Assembly (NCBI GenBank): GCA_963837925.1
Contig: CAWIPK010000006.1
Location: 107,962-171,961 of the forward strand
DNA length: 64,000 nucleotides
Source of the DNA: an uncultured Chloroflexia bacterium
Lineage (GTDB): Bacteria; Chloroflexota; Anaerolineae; CG2-30-64-16
Reading direction: 5' to 3'
Each line of letters begins with the position of its first letter. Position 1 is the first letter of the stretch. The position numbers were made by a program, and so were the translations under genes. Below are positions 40,840 through 52,501 of this stretch, piece after piece. Below the pieces are notes generated by a model. It was not told where the DNA came from and ran no database searches. It worked only from the letters and a program-made list of their open reading frames with translations.

Positions 40840-42557
40840 GCCTCTTCTGCGTTGAGCATGTCTGGCAGCGGCCGGCGGATCATATCGGCATTGCTTCGGC
40901 CCGGTGCCACCATCGGATAGACGTTGCTGAACGGATCGACCTTGAAATTGATCAGGAACGGGCCGTTGTGTGCACGGGCCTGCTGGATCGCGCCGTCCAC
41001 ATCCTCCTTGCAGGCAACAGTGATGGCCGGGATGGTATAGGCTTCGGCGATCTTCAGGAAGTCCGGGTTGAACAGCGGCGTCCCGGCATAGCGTTGCTCG
41101 TAGAAGATGTCCTGCCACTGGCGCACCATGCCCAGATAGCCATTGTTGATGATCGCGATCTTGATCGGCAGTCCCTCGGCCACGACAGTAGACAATTCCG
41201 GCATGGTCATCTGGAATCCGCCATCACCTGCCACGACCCACACTTCCTCATCGGGCCGGCTCATCTGCGCCCCGATGGCCGCGGGGAGGGCAAAGCCCAT
41301 GGTGCCCAGGCCGCCGGAGGTGATCAAGCTGAGGGGGTGGATGTGGGGGAAGTACTGGGCCTCCCACATCTGGTGCTGGCCGACGTCGGTGACCACGATG
41401 CAGTTGCCCTCGCCGGTCTGGTACCACAGCTCGCGGATGATGTAGGGCGGGATGAGCTCGTCCGCCTCACGCGCCAGCACATCGCGCCGGTCGGTATCGC
41501 CACGCCACTCAGCGATCTGGGCCAACCAGTCCGGGTGCTTCTTGGGCTCGGTCAGGGGGATCAGTTGGCGCAGCGTAAGCAGGGCATCGCCAATGACCGG
41601 CGTGTCGACGGTCATCGTCTTGCCGACCTCGGCGGGATCGAGGTCGATGTGGACGATGCGTGCCTTCGGCGCGAAGCTACTGAAAGCCCCGGTCAAGCGG
41701 TCGTCCAGCCGAGAACCGACGGACACAAGGATGTCGCATTCCTGGATGGCGTAGTTCGTGTATGCCTCGCCGTGCATCCCACCCATACCTATGGCAAGCG
41801 GGTGGGTGGCCGGCAGGGCGCCGATGCCCAACAAGCTGCTCGCGACGGGGATGCTTGCCCTCTCGGCCAACTCGCGCAGCTCGGCAGTCGCCTTCGCCAG
41901 CATCACCCCGTGGCCGGCGATGATCAACGGTCGTTCGGCTTCGTTGATGAGCCGGGCCGCCCGGGCGATGGCCTGCGGATCGGCTGCGCTGAGAGCCGGG
42001 TCGTAGCCCGGCAAGTGTATGGTGGTAGGATATTCCAGCTCCATTTCAGCTTGCTGCACGTCTTTGGCGATATCGACGAGGACCGGACCGGGTCGCCCAG
42101 TGCGGGCGATGTAGAAGGCTTCAGTGAGGGCGTCGGGGAGATCCTGGATCCTGGTGATCAGATAATTGTGCTTGGTCACCGGCAAAGTGACCCCCGCGAT
42201 GTCCGCCTCCTGGAAGCCGTCTCGCCCCAGCAAAGAGGTTGACACCTGGCCGGTAATGGCGACCACGGGCGAGGAGTCCATAAAGGCAGTCGCCAGCCCG
42301 GTGACCAGGTTCGTGGCGCCAGGACCCGAGGTGGCCAGGCAGACGCCGACTCTCCCACTCGCGCGTGCGTAACCGTCCGCCATGTGCGACGCGCCCTGTT
42401 CGTGGGTCACGAGGACGTGGCGGATTGGGTAGCGATACTTGGCCAGCGCGTCGTAGATCGGCAGTGTCGCGCCACCCGGCAAGCCGAAGACGACGTCGAC
42501 GCCTTCGTGGAGCATGCTCTCCCACACGATCTGGGCCCCGCTCTTTCTTTCCCTCAT
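40836..42557 (-). CDS. ilvB: Acetolactate synthase large subunit (TPP/FAD)
   Basis: 573 aa. TPP motif GDGGFQM...NN. N-terminal VFGLPGGA. Confidence 0.85.
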   Translation of the reverse strand: MRERKSGAQIVWESMLHEGVDVVFGLPGGATLPIYDALAKYRYPIRHVLVTHEQGASHMADGYARASGRVGVCLATSGPGATNLVTGLATAFMDSSPVVAITGQVSTSLLGRDGFQEADIAGVTLPVTKHNYLITRIQDLPDALTEAFYIARTGRPGPVLVDIAKDVQQAEMELEYPTTIHLPGYDPALSAADPQAIARAARLINEAERPLIIAGHGVMLAKATAELRELAERASIPVASSLLGIGALPATHPLAIGMGGMHGEAYTNYAIQECDILVSVGSRLDDRLTGAFSSFAPKARIVHIDLDPAEVGKTMTVDTPVIGDALLTLRQLIPLTEPKKHPDWLAQIAEWRGDTDRRDVLAREADELIPPYIIRELWYQTGEGNCIVVTDVGQHQMWEAQYFPHIHPLSLITSGGLGTMGFALPAAIGAQMSRPDEEVWVVAGDGGFQMTMPELSTVVAEGLPIKIAIINNGYLGMVRQWQDIFYEQRYAGTPLFNPDFLKIAEAYTIPAITVACKEDVDGAIQQARAHNGPFLINFKVDPFSNVYPMVAPGRSNADMIRRPLPDMLNAEEA

Positions 42558-42660
42558 CTAGTCCCCCTATGAATCCTGGCTCAAGAAAACGCGCCCAGCC
42601 GGAACAGGGTCCGGTGGGCGCCTTTACCCAGCAGCACGCACGCTGCGAACGATATCGGGC

Positions 42661-42692
42661 ACGAAAAAGGGCCTCCCTTCTTGGGAGGCCCC
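42661..42692 (-). terminator. Attenuator terminator in the ilvB leader: GGGGCCUCCC-aagaa-GGGAGGCCC followed by UUUUUCGU
   Basis: Perfect 9-10-bp GC stem plus U5 tract, 105 nt upstream of the ilvB start and 35 nt downstream of the leader-peptide stop. Confidence 0.6.
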
Positions 42693-42726
42693 TGGCTTGA
42701 CAGCTTTGCGACGGTTACGGTCTGGC

Positions 42727-42816
42727 CTACGTCCTCCCAACGGGTAGCGGCTCCATAAGCGACAGGCTTAGGAGCACGCTAATAATAAGAACGATTACCA
42801 GGCCGTAGTGTGGCAT
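42727..42816 (-). CDS. ilv-leu leader peptide MPHYGLVIVLIISVLLSLSLMEPLPVGRT (29 aa; 15 of 29 residues Ile/Leu/Val)
   Basis: GAGGAAG ribosome-binding site 8 nt upstream. Run of branched-chain codons (VIVLIISVLLSLSL). The leader coding sequence contains GGGAGG, which can pair with the CCUCCC 5' arm of the downstream terminator (antiterminator). Confidence 0.55.
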   Translation of the reverse strand: MPHYGLVIVLIISVLLSLSLMEPLPVGRT

Positions 42817-42860
42817 CAACTTGACTTCCTCAGCTTACGTGCCTTGCGTTAACGCCGGGG

Positions 42861-42889
42861 ATGCTAACATAGTCTTTTGCATCTGTCAA
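42861..42889 (-). promoter_or_regulatory. Sigma-70-like promoter for the ilv-leu super-operon (TTGACA-N17-TAGCAT)
   Basis: Minus-strand ttgacagatgcaaaagactatgttagcat. ~45 nt upstream of the leader-peptide ATG. Confidence 0.45.
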
Positions 42890-42967
42890 ATGACGTTTTC
42901 CGCACGTCCGCCAATAACGCGGAGCGCCTTTCCCGCAAAACCGCCTGGTTTTTGCCCGGCTCTCAAC

Positions 42968-44110
42968 TCAGTCGCGCGTCTCGCCCAGCGAACGCAGGAC
43001 GCGAACCAGCACTTCAACCCCCTGGACCCACTCGTGCAAGTCGATATGTTCCTCGGGCGTGTGATCCAGGCTGCTGTCGCCGGGCCCGTAGGCCAGGATC
43101 GGGCAGCGCCAGACCGGGCCAACCACGTTCATATCCGAGGTCCCGGTCTTGAGCAGAAAGCCGGGCCGCCCGCCACCCTCACGGATGGCCTTCAGGAAGG
43201 CGCGCGCGAGCAAGCTGTCCTTCTCGGCCTGGTATGCGACCTCGCCGCCGCGAAACGCCAGCTCGACGCCCCCCGCCAGTTCTCGCAGGATGGACTTCAG
43301 TTCCTCAGGGCCCAGTTCGGGCGGCAGGCGGAAGCCGAGCCTGAGGTGCGCCTCCTCGAACAGACCGTCATCACTCGAGTCAAAGCCGGCCAAGGCGGGC
43401 AAGACCTGTTCCCAGGCACGCAGGCGTCCGGCATTCCATTGGGCAAAGTGAGCCTGCACCCGGCTCCAAAAAGCAATCGCCAGCTCAGGGGCGGTCGCCA
43501 GGCGCCCGCTGCGGTGTGAGATCGGTTGGCGCACCGTCGCGTCGACCAGCAGCCGCCCTTTGTAGCCCACCGTGACCCGCTGCCAGCCACTGGGCTCCCC
43601 GATGACGGCCAGGGCCGGCTGATGCTGCGGCGCCAGGTAGCGCGCTCCCTTAGACGTAGCCGCCTCCTCTTCCACTGCGCCGGCGACCACAATCCGCCAG
43701 CCTGGCGGCGCGCCGGCCTGCGCCGCCGCAGTGGCGAAGGCCACGAGTGCGCCCTTTGCATCCACAGAGCCCCGTCCGAAGAGCCGGCCATCCTGCACGA
43801 CCACGGGCGGGTGCCCCCGCACCGTGTCGATGTGCCCCAGCAGCACGATCTCCTTCACCCCCTCGCCTGCGAGGCCGCCGTCGTCTGCGAGGCCGCCCTC
43901 GTCTGCCGCGGCCGGGCCGCCTTCCAACACACCCACCGCGTTGCCCGCCGCATCCATGAAGGCCCGGAAACCATGCGCCGCCATCCAGTCGACCAGAAAC
44001 GCGCTGGCATCGGCTTCCTGGCCGGACGGCGAGGGGATCGCGACCAGGTCCTGCAGCAACTGCAGCCCGCCGGCGTCTCGCGTCGCCAAATCACTCCTCC
44101 AGACATCCAA
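42968..44110 (-). CDS. lysK: [LysW]-lysine hydrolase / ArgE-family M20 deacylase
   Basis: M20 motifs [24 protein letters not shown]. Last gene of the lysW cluster. Confidence 0.7.
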   Translation of the reverse strand: MDVWRSDLATRDAGGLQLLQDLVAIPSPSGQEADASAFLVDWMAAHGFRAFMDAAGNAVGVLEGGPAAADEGGLADDGGLAGEGVKEIVLLGHIDTVRGHPPVVVQDGRLFGRGSVDAKGALVAFATAAAQAGAPPGWRIVVAGAVEEEAATSKGARYLAPQHQPALAVIGEPSGWQRVTVGYKGRLLVDATVRQPISHRSGRLATAPELAIAFWSRVQAHFAQWNAGRLRAWEQVLPALAGFDSSDDGLFEEAHLRLGFRLPPELGPEELKSILRELAGGVELAFRGGEVAYQAEKDSLLARAFLKAIREGGGRPGFLLKTGTSDMNVVGPVWRCPILAYGPGDSSLDHTPEEHIDLHEWVQGVEVLVRVLRSLGETRD

Positions 44111-44154
44111 GTACTGAAGCGACGACCTGTCCGGTCGTGGCCGTGCCGCCCAGG

Positions 44155-45123
44155 TCAGGAGTTCAGCGTCCCGCCGGCCAGCGTGCGCGTCACCGCCCGC
44201 CGGACGCGCCGCGCGGCGCTATCCCGTCCGAGATGCTCGAGCAGCAGCGCCGCGCTGAGGATCGCGCCCACCGGATCAGCGATCCCACGGCCGGCGATGT
44301 CGGGAGCGCTGCCGTGTACTGGCTCGAAGACGGCGGCTGGTCCGACCCCGACATTGGCCGAGGGTGCGACGCCGAGCCCGCCGATGAGGCCCGCCGCCAG
44401 GTCCGACAGGATGTCGCCGAACAGGTTCGTGGTCACCAGCACGTCGAAGCGGGCCGGCTGCTTGACGAGCCACATGGCAGCCGCGTCGACCAGCATCTCC
44501 TCTGTCCGCACGTCGGGATATTCGGCCGCCACGCTCAGACACGTCTCGCGGAACAGGCCGTCAGTCAGCTTCAGGACGTTTGCCTTGTGTACGATCGTGA
44601 CGGTCGCGGCATTGGGGCTGGACCTGCCGCCGGCGAGCCGGGCCAGCGCGCGCCGGCGGGCCTGCTCGAAGGCCACACGCGCGATGCGTTCGCTGGCTTT
44701 GCGTGTCACTACCCGTTCAGCGACCGCCGTTTCCCCCTCTCGACGCTCGCGGCCGCTGTACATACCCTCCGTGTTCTCGCGCACGATCAACAGATCCAGC
44801 ATCGGCTGACCGGGAAGAAGCGTCTTCGCCGGGCGCAAGTTGGCATAGAGATCGAAGTCCCGCCGCAGGGCAAGGATCGGGCTGGCATAGCCTGCCACCG
44901 GCCCATTGGGCGATTGGTTCGCGCCGAAGAGCGTGGCATCGACCGACGCCACGGCGGAGCGGGTCGCCTCGGGCAGAGCGCTGCCGCTGCGCTGAAAACA
45001 GTCCCAGCCTGCCTCGGCCTCGACAAAGCGCAGATCGGGTTCGATGGCCGCCAGCACCTGGGCCGCGGCCGGTATGACCTCGCGGCCGATACCATCGCCG
45101 CCGATCAGACAAATCACTGCCAT
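44155..45123 (-). CDS. Homoisocitrate dehydrogenase (short IDH/IMDH-family enzyme, 322 aa)
   Basis: [35 protein letters not shown]. Context with hcs and homoaconitase. Confidence 0.75.
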   Translation of the reverse strand: MAVICLIGGDGIGREVIPAAAQVLAAIEPDLRFVEAEAGWDCFQRSGSALPEATRSAVASVDATLFGANQSPNGPVAGYASPILALRRDFDLYANLRPAKTLLPGQPMLDLLIVRENTEGMYSGRERREGETAVAERVVTRKASERIARVAFEQARRRALARLAGGRSSPNAATVTIVHKANVLKLTDGLFRETCLSVAAEYPDVRTEEMLVDAAAMWLVKQPARFDVLVTTNLFGDILSDLAAGLIGGLGVAPSANVGVGPAAVFEPVHGSAPDIAGRGIADPVGAILSAALLLEHLGRDSAARRVRRAVTRTLAGGTLNS

Positions 45124-45647
45124 GTGGCATACCTGCGCTTGAGCATAGGGATCAGCCCGCCCGCCTGGATAATCTGCAAAAGCGACGGCGACAGCGGCGG
45201 GAAGGTGAACGTGCGCTCGCCGCAGAAGACCCGGCAGGTCTTGGGGTCCACACTGACGGTCGCGCCGGCCGGGATCGCCCTGGCTGCCTCTGGGCAGATA
45301 ACGGGCAGCACGCCGTTGTTGACTGCATTGCGAAAGAAGATCCGGGCAAACGATACGGCGATGATGGCCCCCACGCCCGCCGCCGCCAGGCAGGTCACCG
45401 CCTGTTCTCGGCTCGAGCCGCAGCCCCAGTTGCGGCCGGCCACAATGATGTCACCGGGTCTGACGCCGGCGGCAAAGCCGGAATCCAGGTCTTCGAGGGC
45501 GTGCTCCGCCATCTGCCGGGGATCGGTCAGCGTGTAAGTGTACTTGCCCGGAAAGATGACGTCGGTGTTGACGTCATCGCCGTATTTCCAAACGCGGCCC
45601 GCCAGAGGACGGGGCGGTCCTTCTGGACTCTCAATCAGGCTTCCCAT
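45114..45647 (-). CDS. lysU: Homoaconitase small subunit (LeuD-like)
   Basis: [13 protein letters not shown] swivel motif. 177 aa. Confidence 0.75.
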   Translation of the reverse strand: MGSLIESPEGPPRPLAGRVWKYGDDVNTDVIFPGKYTYTLTDPRQMAEHALEDLDSGFAAGVRPGDIIVAGRNWGCGSSREQAVTCLAAAGVGAIIAVSFARIFFRNAVNNGVLPVICPEAARAIPAGATVSVDPKTCRVFCGERTFTFPPLSPSLLQIIQAGGLIPMLKRRYATWQ

Positions 45648-46975
45648 TGCGCATCCTCTTCAGTATCTGTAACAGCGCGTGGGTCGACAATCCGGCCGGC
45701 CACCGCACTGGCAGCCACCACTGCCGGGCTGGCAAGGTAAACCTCACTCTCGGCGGTGCCCATCCGGCCGCGGAAATTGCGGTTAGCGCTGCTGATCGTC
45801 ACTTCGCCAGGGGCCGGCACGCCCATGTGGTTACCCATGCAGGGTCCGCAGCCCGGCGTGCCAAGCATGGCACCGGCGGCCAGGAAGGTATCGATGTAGC
45901 CCGCCGCCAGCGCCGCCCGCAGCACCTCGCTCGAGGCCGGGATCACCAGGAGGCGCGTGCCGGTCGCCACGCGCCGCACGCGACCGTCAGGGCCTCGCAG
46001 CACCGACGCTGCCAACTTAAGGTCCTCCAAGCGCGCATTCGTGCAGGTGCCGAGAAAAGCCTGGTCCACATGCACGCCGGCCAGCGCTGAGACCGGTACC
46101 ACGTTGTCCGGGCGATGCGGCGCGGCCACGAACGGCTGCAACTCACCCAGCTCGAGGCTGTGGTGGGCCATATAAGTGGCATCTGCGTCGGGGAACAGCG
46201 CGCCCTCGGCGATACGCTCCAGGCACGCGTCGGCCGGTTGGCCGGTGCGCGCGGCAACCCGGCCGGCCAGCCAGCCGTACACCGCGCGGTCCGGCGGCAG
46301 GTAGGCGTTCTTGACCCCGGCTTCGGCCATCATGTTCGGCAGGACCATCCGGCTTTCAACGCTCAGGCCGGCAATGCCGGGACCGGAGAATTCCAGCGCG
46401 CAATAGATGCCCGCCCCGGGGCCCAGCCGCTGCAGGACCGAGAGGCTCAGATCCTTGGCGCTTACCCAGGGCGGCAAGCTTCCCGCCAGGTGAACGAGGA
46501 TGGTTTCTGGCACGCGCAGCCAGAGTTCGCCGGTGGCCCAGATGGCGGCAACCTCGCTGCGGCCCACCCCGGCGCCGAAGGCGCCCAGCCAACCGAAGTG
46601 CGTGGTGTGGCTGTCTGCGCCGAGGATCAGTTGGCCAGGCCATACCAGGGCCTCTTCGCTGATAACCTGGTGGCAGATCCCACGTCCCGCCTCGTAGAAG
46701 TGCGAGATGCCCTGTTCGGCCACGAATCGACGCACCTCGGCATGGTTGGCGGCGTGCTGCGTGCTAGGCGCCGGGACGGCATGGTCGAGAGCGATCGCCA
46801 GCCGCTCGGGGTCCTTTACGCGGCCGGCCCCCAGGCTGCTAAAGATGCGCGCGATGGCCGCAGTGTTGTCGTGGCTCAACACGACTTCCGGCCGGGCGTC
46901 GACGATCTGTCCGGCCACGGCCGACGGCAGGCCTGCGGCGCGCGCCAGGGCTTTTTCGGCGAAGGTGTGTCCCAT
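45635..46975 (-). CDS. lysT: Homoaconitase large subunit (LeuC-like)
   Basis: Aconitase ligands [20 protein letters not shown]. Start taken at MGHTFAEK. Confidence 0.75.
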   Translation of the reverse strand: MGHTFAEKALARAAGLPSAVAGQIVDARPEVVLSHDNTAAIARIFSSLGAGRVKDPERLAIALDHAVPAPSTQHAANHAEVRRFVAEQGISHFYEAGRGICHQVISEEALVWPGQLILGADSHTTHFGWLGAFGAGVGRSEVAAIWATGELWLRVPETILVHLAGSLPPWVSAKDLSLSVLQRLGPGAGIYCALEFSGPGIAGLSVESRMVLPNMMAEAGVKNAYLPPDRAVYGWLAGRVAARTGQPADACLERIAEGALFPDADATYMAHHSLELGELQPFVAAPHRPDNVVPVSALAGVHVDQAFLGTCTNARLEDLKLAASVLRGPDGRVRRVATGTRLLVIPASSEVLRAALAAGYIDTFLAAGAMLGTPGCGPCMGNHMGVPAPGEVTISSANRNFRGRMGTAESEVYLASPAVVAASAVAGRIVDPRAVTDTEEDAQWEA

Positions 46976-46986
46976 CTGACCCTCTC

Positions 46987-48189
46987 TCATCCGACACTGG
47001 CCGGCGCATCTTCGGCCAGGCTGAGCACCGCCTCCAGCCCCGCATCATGGTGGCCGTTCGCCCACAGGCGGAGCAGATCATCCACGTCGTCCAGCGTGAG
47101 ACGCTTTTCGTCGGCCAGGGCCTTAATGTGCCGCGTGAGCGCCTTGATCTGTTCGGTGCTGAGCGACAGGCCCAGTTGCTCGGCGCGGCCCTTGACCGCG
47201 TTCCAGCCGGTCAGACGATGGGCGATCGAGACGTAGCGTGTCACCCCGAAATCGTGCGGATCGAGCGCCTCATAGGTTTCCGGGGCGTTGAGGATGGCCT
47301 TCGCATGGATGCCGGCCTTATGCGTGAACGCGCAGTATCCGGTGACGCAGTTATTGAATGGAATATCGACGCCGACGAGCTCGGCCACCAGGAGCTCCAG
47401 GCCGCGCAGCTGGTCGAGGCGATACTTCTGGCGCACCGGGTCGCGATCCCAGGTATACATGCGGGCGAGGAAGCCTCCCAGCGAGGCGATCCCGTTGCGC
47501 TCGCCGATGCCAAGCACGGTCGTGTCGACGTGCGTCGCCCCGGCTTCGAGGGCGGCGAAGGCGTTGGCGACGGCACAACCAGAATCGTTATGGCCGTGAA
47601 ACTCGATGTCCGCCTGCGTCATGCGGCGCAGGGTGCCGACGATGCGCGTTACCTGGCCCGGCGAAGCGATGCCGACGGTGTCGGCAATGCCGAGACGATT
47701 CACCACGCCCAGGCGATCGACCGCCAGGTAGACCCGAAACAGGTCGGCCTCCTCGCTACGGAACGAATCCTCCGTGCTGAAGCGCAGGACGATGTCCGGC
47801 GCCTGCGCCCTGATCCAGCTCAGCACGTCGGCGGCCAGATCGATGATCTCCTCGATGCTCTTGCTGTGGCTGAAGCGGCGCAGGGCCGAAGAGGTGCCGA
47901 TGACGACGTCGAGGCCGGCTACACCTGTGTCGAGGGCCACGCGCGCGTCTTCCTTCTGGCAGCGGATGTGCGTCAGGACCTTCGCCTTCAAGCCGAGGCG
48001 TGCGATGGCGCGGGCATCTTCTGCGCTGCCGGGCGAGGCCAGCGGTGAAGTCAGCTCCAGGCACTCGACGCCGAACTCGTCCAGCGCCCGGGCAACCTCG
48101 ACCTTCTGCTCGTGAGTGAAGTTGGCGTTAATGAACTGCTCGCCTTCGCGCAGCGTCGAATCGATGATCGCATATTGTTCAAGTGACAT
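46987..48189 (-). CDS. hcs: Homocitrate synthase (NifV/HCS-type, 400 aa, no LeuA C-terminal domain)
   Basis: [24 protein letters not shown]. Its length excludes LeuA or CimA. Confidence 0.75.
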   Translation of the reverse strand: MSLEQYAIIDSTLREGEQFINANFTHEQKVEVARALDEFGVECLELTSPLASPGSAEDARAIARLGLKAKVLTHIRCQKEDARVALDTGVAGLDVVIGTSSALRRFSHSKSIEEIIDLAADVLSWIRAQAPDIVLRFSTEDSFRSEEADLFRVYLAVDRLGVVNRLGIADTVGIASPGQVTRIVGTLRRMTQADIEFHGHNDSGCAVANAFAALEAGATHVDTTVLGIGERNGIASLGGFLARMYTWDRDPVRQKYRLDQLRGLELLVAELVGVDIPFNNCVTGYCAFTHKAGIHAKAILNAPETYEALDPHDFGVTRYVSIAHRLTGWNAVKGRAEQLGLSLSTEQIKALTRHIKALADEKRLTLDDVDDLLRLWANGHHDAGLEAVLSLAEDAPASVG

Positions 48190-49380
48190 GACGGCCCTCC
48201 AGAGTTTGGGCTAGCGCGCCCACCACCCGCTCCAGGTCTTCCTCGTCGATGACCAGAGGCGGCAGCAGACGGAGCACCGTCGCTCCGGCCGGCAAGGCAA
48301 GGACCCCGAGGGACTGCAAGCCCTGCAAGATCGGCGTCACCTTGGTTTTGAGTTCAATTCCGACCAGCAGACCCAAGCCGCGCACTTCCCGGATCAGTGG
48401 CGAGCGTAGGCCCCTCAAGCGCTCGAGCAAGCCTGCGCCAAGTCGGGCCGCCCTGCCCGGCAGGTCTTCACGGGCCATCACGTCCAGCGTGGCCAGCGCA
48501 GCCGCGCAGGCCAACGGGTTCCCGCCAAAGGTGCTGCCGTGGCTGTGGGGGGGCGGAGGCGCAACCCGCGGGCCGATCAGGCAAGCGCCCATCGGCAGGC
48601 CGCCGGCCATTGACTTTGCGACTGTCATCAGATCCGGCTCGAGCTGATAGTGTTCGGCGGCGAAAAAGGAACCGGTGCGTCCGTAACCCGTCTGCACCTC
48701 GTCGAGGATGAGGAGCGCCCCCGCGCGCGGCAGAGCGCCTGGGCACCGCGCAAATAGGCCGGTTCGCCTGGATGGACTCCACCCTCGCCCTGCACCGCTT
48801 CGAGCAGGACCGCCGCGGTGTCACCGGTCAGCGCGCTCTCGAGAGCGGCCAGGTCGTTGAACGGCACGTGCGTGAAACCGGGCACCAGCGGCTCGAAGGG
48901 CCGGCGATAGTCCCGGTTCCAGGTCGCCGAGAGCGCGCCCATCGTGCGTCCATGAAAACCGCGCATGGCGGCGATGATGTTAGGGCGCCCGGTGCTGGCG
49001 CGCGCCAGCTTAAGCGCGGCTTCGACGGCCTCGGTGCCCGAGTTGCACAGAAAGATGCGCGCGAGCCCTGCCGGGGCGACCCCGGCCAGCGCCGCGAGGA
49101 ATTGCGCGCGCCGGTCGTTGTAAAAGATCTCCGGGCAGGAGATAAGCCGCGCTGCCTGGTCGGCGATCGCGGCGCTGATCGCCGGATGGGCATGGCCCAG
49201 GTTGGCCGCCCCCTGGCCTCCAACGCAGTCGATGTACTCGTTCCCATCGGCATCCCACAGCCGCGCTCCCTGCCCGCGCACGATCGCCAGGGGGCGCTTT
49301 GGATATACGCCGGAGGTATAGGTGCTCTCCAGCTCGATGATGGTTGGCTGATCGCTGGGCTGATCGCTCGGCCCGCCCAT
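48179..49380 (-). pseudogene. lysJ: [LysW]-aminoadipate semialdehyde/acetylornithine aminotransferase (class III PLP), interrupted by an apparent 1-nt deletion in a G5 run near 48700-48706
   Basis: N-terminal part (ORF 48628-49425) and C-terminal part (ORF 48179-48697) are in different frames. Expected ...[23 protein letters not shown]. The genome reads cgcgcgggggcgctcctc where one extra g would restore the frame. Confidence 0.6.
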
Positions 49381-50276
49381 CACTCGCCGCCCCCACCCGC
49401 ACCCTGCAGCCGAGGGAGCGACCAACTGACCGGAAATGCCAGGGCGCCGTCTGCCGTGCCGCGGGTGTTCTCGAACACCGTTCCGTCGCCACTCAATCCG
49501 GCTTCCACCGGGTGAGCGCGGCGCGAGTCCGCCAGGAAGACCGAGGGGACGCCGCCTTCAAGGGCCTCACGTGCGGCCAACACCTTTTTCTTCATCCTCC
49601 CCTGGGCCGCTTCCTCTGCCCCCGCCAGTCTTTCATAGGGCACGCGGCGCAACAGGCTGCTTTCGTCGGGGAAGTTCGCCATCAAACCGACCGTGTTGCT
49701 GAGGATCAGCAGCGCCTGGGCGCCCACCGTGCGCGCCACCAGGGCCGCCACCCGGTCGCCGTCCACGTTGAGCGGTTCGCCTTCGCTGCCGAGCGCCAGC
49801 GGCGCGATGACCGGTGTGTAGCCGGCATCCAGCAGCAGGCGCAGCAAGCCCCCGTTGGCGAGCTCGAGCTGACCGCTGTAGTCGTCGCGCACCACACGTT
49901 GGCGGCCGTTTTCGACCACCCGCAGAGCACTCTTGCGCCGCGCCTGCAGCAGGCGCCCGTCTACCCCGGAGAGACCGAGGGCGTTGCAACCCAGCCTCTG
50001 GAGCATGGCGACCAGAGTTTTGTTCACCTGACCGGCCGCAGCCGCCACATACAGTTCCAGCATCACCGGATCGGTGTAACGGCTGACGTGGCCCGACGGC
50101 GAAACCAACTGCCGCACCGGCACGCCGGCGCGGGTCGCCAGGGCGTCGGCAGCTGCCGAGGTTCCGTGCACCAGGATGACCGGGAGCCCACGCGCCGTTA
50201 GCCCGGCGACGTCAGCGCAGACCGCGGCGCTGTCGACGCCTGCCGCCCCACCTACCTTCACCACGATCGGATTCAT
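49380..50276 (-). CDS. lysZ: [LysW]-aminoadipate kinase (acetylglutamate-kinase family)
   Basis: AAK family MNPIVVKVGGAAG..., GDRVAAL. 298 aa. Confidence 0.75.
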   Translation of the reverse strand: MNPIVVKVGGAAGVDSAAVCADVAGLTARGLPVILVHGTSAAADALATRAGVPVRQLVSPSGHVSRYTDPVMLELYVAAAAGQVNKTLVAMLQRLGCNALGLSGVDGRLLQARRKSALRVVENGRQRVVRDDYSGQLELANGGLLRLLLDAGYTPVIAPLALGSEGEPLNVDGDRVAALVARTVGAQALLILSNTVGLMANFPDESSLLRRVPYERLAGAEEAAQGRMKKKVLAAREALEGGVPSVFLADSRRAHPVEAGLSGDGTVFENTRGTADGALAFPVSWSLPRLQGAGGGGE

Positions 50277-50341
50277 GATTGCTCCTCGCTCGACAATTGC
50301 GGTTCCGAAATGCAGCCGGGCTGGCCGGCCACTGGCCCGAC

Positions 50342-51415
50342 CTAAACAGGATGCAGGCCCATGAACTCAAGGCCCGCGCTCTCGTCCCAACCCAGCATGA
50401 GGTTGAGGCATTGGACCGCGCTGCCGGCCGCGCCTTTGCCAAGGTTATCGATGGCCGCCAGGGCCACCAGGCGGCCGGTGCGCGTATCCACATCCCAGCC
50501 CACATCCGCCAGGTTCGTGCCGGCCAGCAGTTTCGGCTCCGGATGGCGGTAGATTCCCCCCCGCTCGTGGACGATGCGCACGAACGGCTCGGCGGCATAG
50601 GTGTTCCGGTAAGCGCGCCACAAGTCCTTGTCGCTCACACCCGGCTCGACCCAGGCATGAGCGGTCGCCAGCACGCCGCGCACGAGCTCGATCGAAGTCA
50701 CCGACAGGAAAACGTCAGGGCGCCCCAGGGCCTGTACCACCTCGGCCTCGTGCCGATGCCCGGTGGGGGCAAACGAGCGCACTGCGCCGCTGCGTTCCGG
50801 GTGATGGGAGGCCAGGCTGGGAGAGGCGCCGCTTTCGGAAGAGCCGGCCTTCAGGTCCACCACCAACGGCTGCTCCGGCCGGAGCAGCCCGGATCGGACC
50901 AGCGGCAGCAGGGCCAGGATCGACGCCGTGGCATTGCAGCCGACGCCGCTGACGTAGCGCGCCCCACGGATAGCCTCCCGATTCAGCTCGGGCAGCCCGT
51001 AAACAAAACGCCCGAGCCAATCGGGCGTTCTGTGGGGTTCGCCGTAGTATTGTTGGTAGACCTGGGCGTCGCGCAGCCGAAAGTCGGCCGAAAGGTCCAC
51101 GATCCGCTCGGCGAGCGCGGCGAAGTCGGCGATCCGGGTCTGCGCCTGGCCGTGTGGCAGGGCCAGGAACAGAACGTCGCACGGCGCCAGCTCGGCCGAG
51201 GTAGTGAAGCGCAGCGGCTGCGCGGCACCGGCGCCCTGCGGCCGACCGGAAACCGGCCGCAAGTTCGGATGCAAGCTGTGAACGTAGTTGCCGGCCTGCG
51301 ATTCCGAGCTCACCTGGGCGATCTCGACTTCCGGATGTCGCAGCAGCAGACGGAGCAGTTCGCCGCCCGTGTAGCCGGAGCCGCCGACGATCGACACACG
51401 CGCGCGATCGGTCAT
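50342..51415 (-). CDS. lysY: [LysW]-aminoadipyl-phosphate reductase (ArgC family)
   Basis: [18 protein letters not shown], catalytic Cys in [12 protein letters not shown] overlap with the lysX stop. The track ORF is extended to 51703. Confidence 0.8.
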   Translation of the reverse strand: MTDRARVSIVGGSGYTGGELLRLLLRHPEVEIAQVSSESQAGNYVHSLHPNLRPVSGRPQGAGAAQPLRFTTSAELAPCDVLFLALPHGQAQTRIADFAALAERIVDLSADFRLRDAQVYQQYYGEPHRTPDWLGRFVYGLPELNREAIRGARYVSGVGCNATASILALLPLVRSGLLRPEQPLVVDLKAGSSESGASPSLASHHPERSGAVRSFAPTGHRHEAEVVQALGRPDVFLSVTSIELVRGVLATAHAWVEPGVSDKDLWRAYRNTYAAEPFVRIVHERGGIYRHPEPKLLAGTNLADVGWDVDTRTGRLVALAAIDNLGKGAAGSAVQCLNLMLGWDESAGLEFMGLHPV

Positions 51416-52305
51416 AGGACCGGCTCCGGCACGGCCTCGAGCGTTACCCCCTGGCGCGCTTGCTGCAGCACATAGTCGACCATCCTGGCCGGGATATCCA
51501 CGCCCGTCGGCGCGATGCTGTTGCGAAACTCCATCGTGTGATTGACCTCGTTGACCAGCAGGCCGCGCTCGGGATCCTCCATCAGGTCGAGGGCCAAGAC
51601 GCCGCCGCCAACCGCCCGCGCGGCTCGCTGGCACAGGGCATTGATTTCGGCGGTCACCTCGCAGCGACTGGCGCTGCCGCCGCGGGCAGTGTTGGTGATC
51701 CAATGGGCAGATTGGCGATAGATGGCGGCCACCGTCTCGTCGCCGATGACGAATGCGCGGATGTCACGGTCGGGTTTGGTCACGTACTCCTGGATGTAGA
51801 AGACGCTGTGTTGGTAGGAGCCCAGCGTTTGCTTGTGCTCCAGGACGGCCTCGGCCGCGTCCCGATCGTTGATGCGGGCCAGCAGGCGGCCCCACGAGCC
51901 GACGACCGGTTTGAGCACTACCGGATAGCCCAACTCCTCGATCGCGTTCAGCGCGCTCTCCGCCGTAAAAGCGATGCGAACCCGGGGCTGGGGCACGCCG
52001 GCCTCGGTCAGGGCCGCCGTGGTCAGCAGTTTGTCGACACAGGTCGCAGCCGTAGCGTAGCGATTGACCGTAGGAATCCCGGCCAGTTCGAGCAGTCGCA
52101 GCGCATAAAGACCGCGCGCCGCGCTCAACGATCGTTCGAGCACCACGTCCGCTTCCAGGGCCGGACGTCCGTCGCCCAAGGGGAAGACCTGGGCGCCGTC
52201 CTCTACCAGCTGGACGGCCGCCCCGGCGGCCTCGAGCGCCGACAGCAGCAGCTTCTCCTCGACGCGGATGCGCGACAGGATAACTGCGACCCGGATGGCA
52301 GTCAT
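51412..52305 (-). CDS. lysX: Alpha-aminoadipate--LysW ligase (RimK/ATP-grasp)
   Basis: ATP-grasp motifs, [16 protein letters not shown]. Overlaps the lysW stop. Confidence 0.8.
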   Translation of the reverse strand: MTAIRVAVILSRIRVEEKLLLSALEAAGAAVQLVEDGAQVFPLGDGRPALEADVVLERSLSAARGLYALRLLELAGIPTVNRYATAATCVDKLLTTAALTEAGVPQPRVRIAFTAESALNAIEELGYPVVLKPVVGSWGRLLARINDRDAAEAVLEHKQTLGSYQHSVFYIQEYVTKPDRDIRAFVIGDETVAAIYRQSAHWITNTARGGSASRCEVTAEINALCQRAARAVGGGVLALDLMEDPERGLLVNEVNHTMEFRNSIAPTGVDIPARMVDYVLQQARQGVTLEAVPEPVL

Positions 52306-52472
52306 TCTCCCCAATCCTCCTCCACTTCGGGTGCCATCTCGAGCTGGAGCGGGTCCAGCGAGGTAACCTCCAGATCGACGCCACAGAAGGCGCAGGGAAG
52401 GATCTCCCCGACCATCGGGTCCTGCAGGCTCAGATCACCTTCACACTCAGGACAGACAGTTTGATACGACAT
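52302..52472 (-). CDS. lysW: Amino-group carrier protein LysW (56 aa, zinc ribbon, C-terminal EDWGE)
   Basis: [16 protein letters not shown]...[10 protein letters not shown]...EVEEDWGE. CxxC..CxxC plus the acidic tail ending in Glu, the attachment site. The track ORF is extended to 52517. Confidence 0.8.
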   Translation of the reverse strand: MSYQTVCPECEGDLSLQDPMVGEILPCAFCGVDLEVTSLDPLQLEMAPEVEEDWGE

Positions 52473-52501
52473 GCTACAAGTTTCCTTTCCGACTGAGATA
52501 T

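Noticed and set aside
38641-42242. Long plus-strand ORFs (614 aa, 469 aa, and others)
   Set aside because: Antisense to leuA and ilvB. Translations lack any domain signature.
42558-42967. T-box riboswitch upstream of ilvB
   Set aside because: No AGGGUGGNACCGCG T-box core or specifier-loop architecture was found. An ILV-rich leader peptide plus terminator explains the leader instead.
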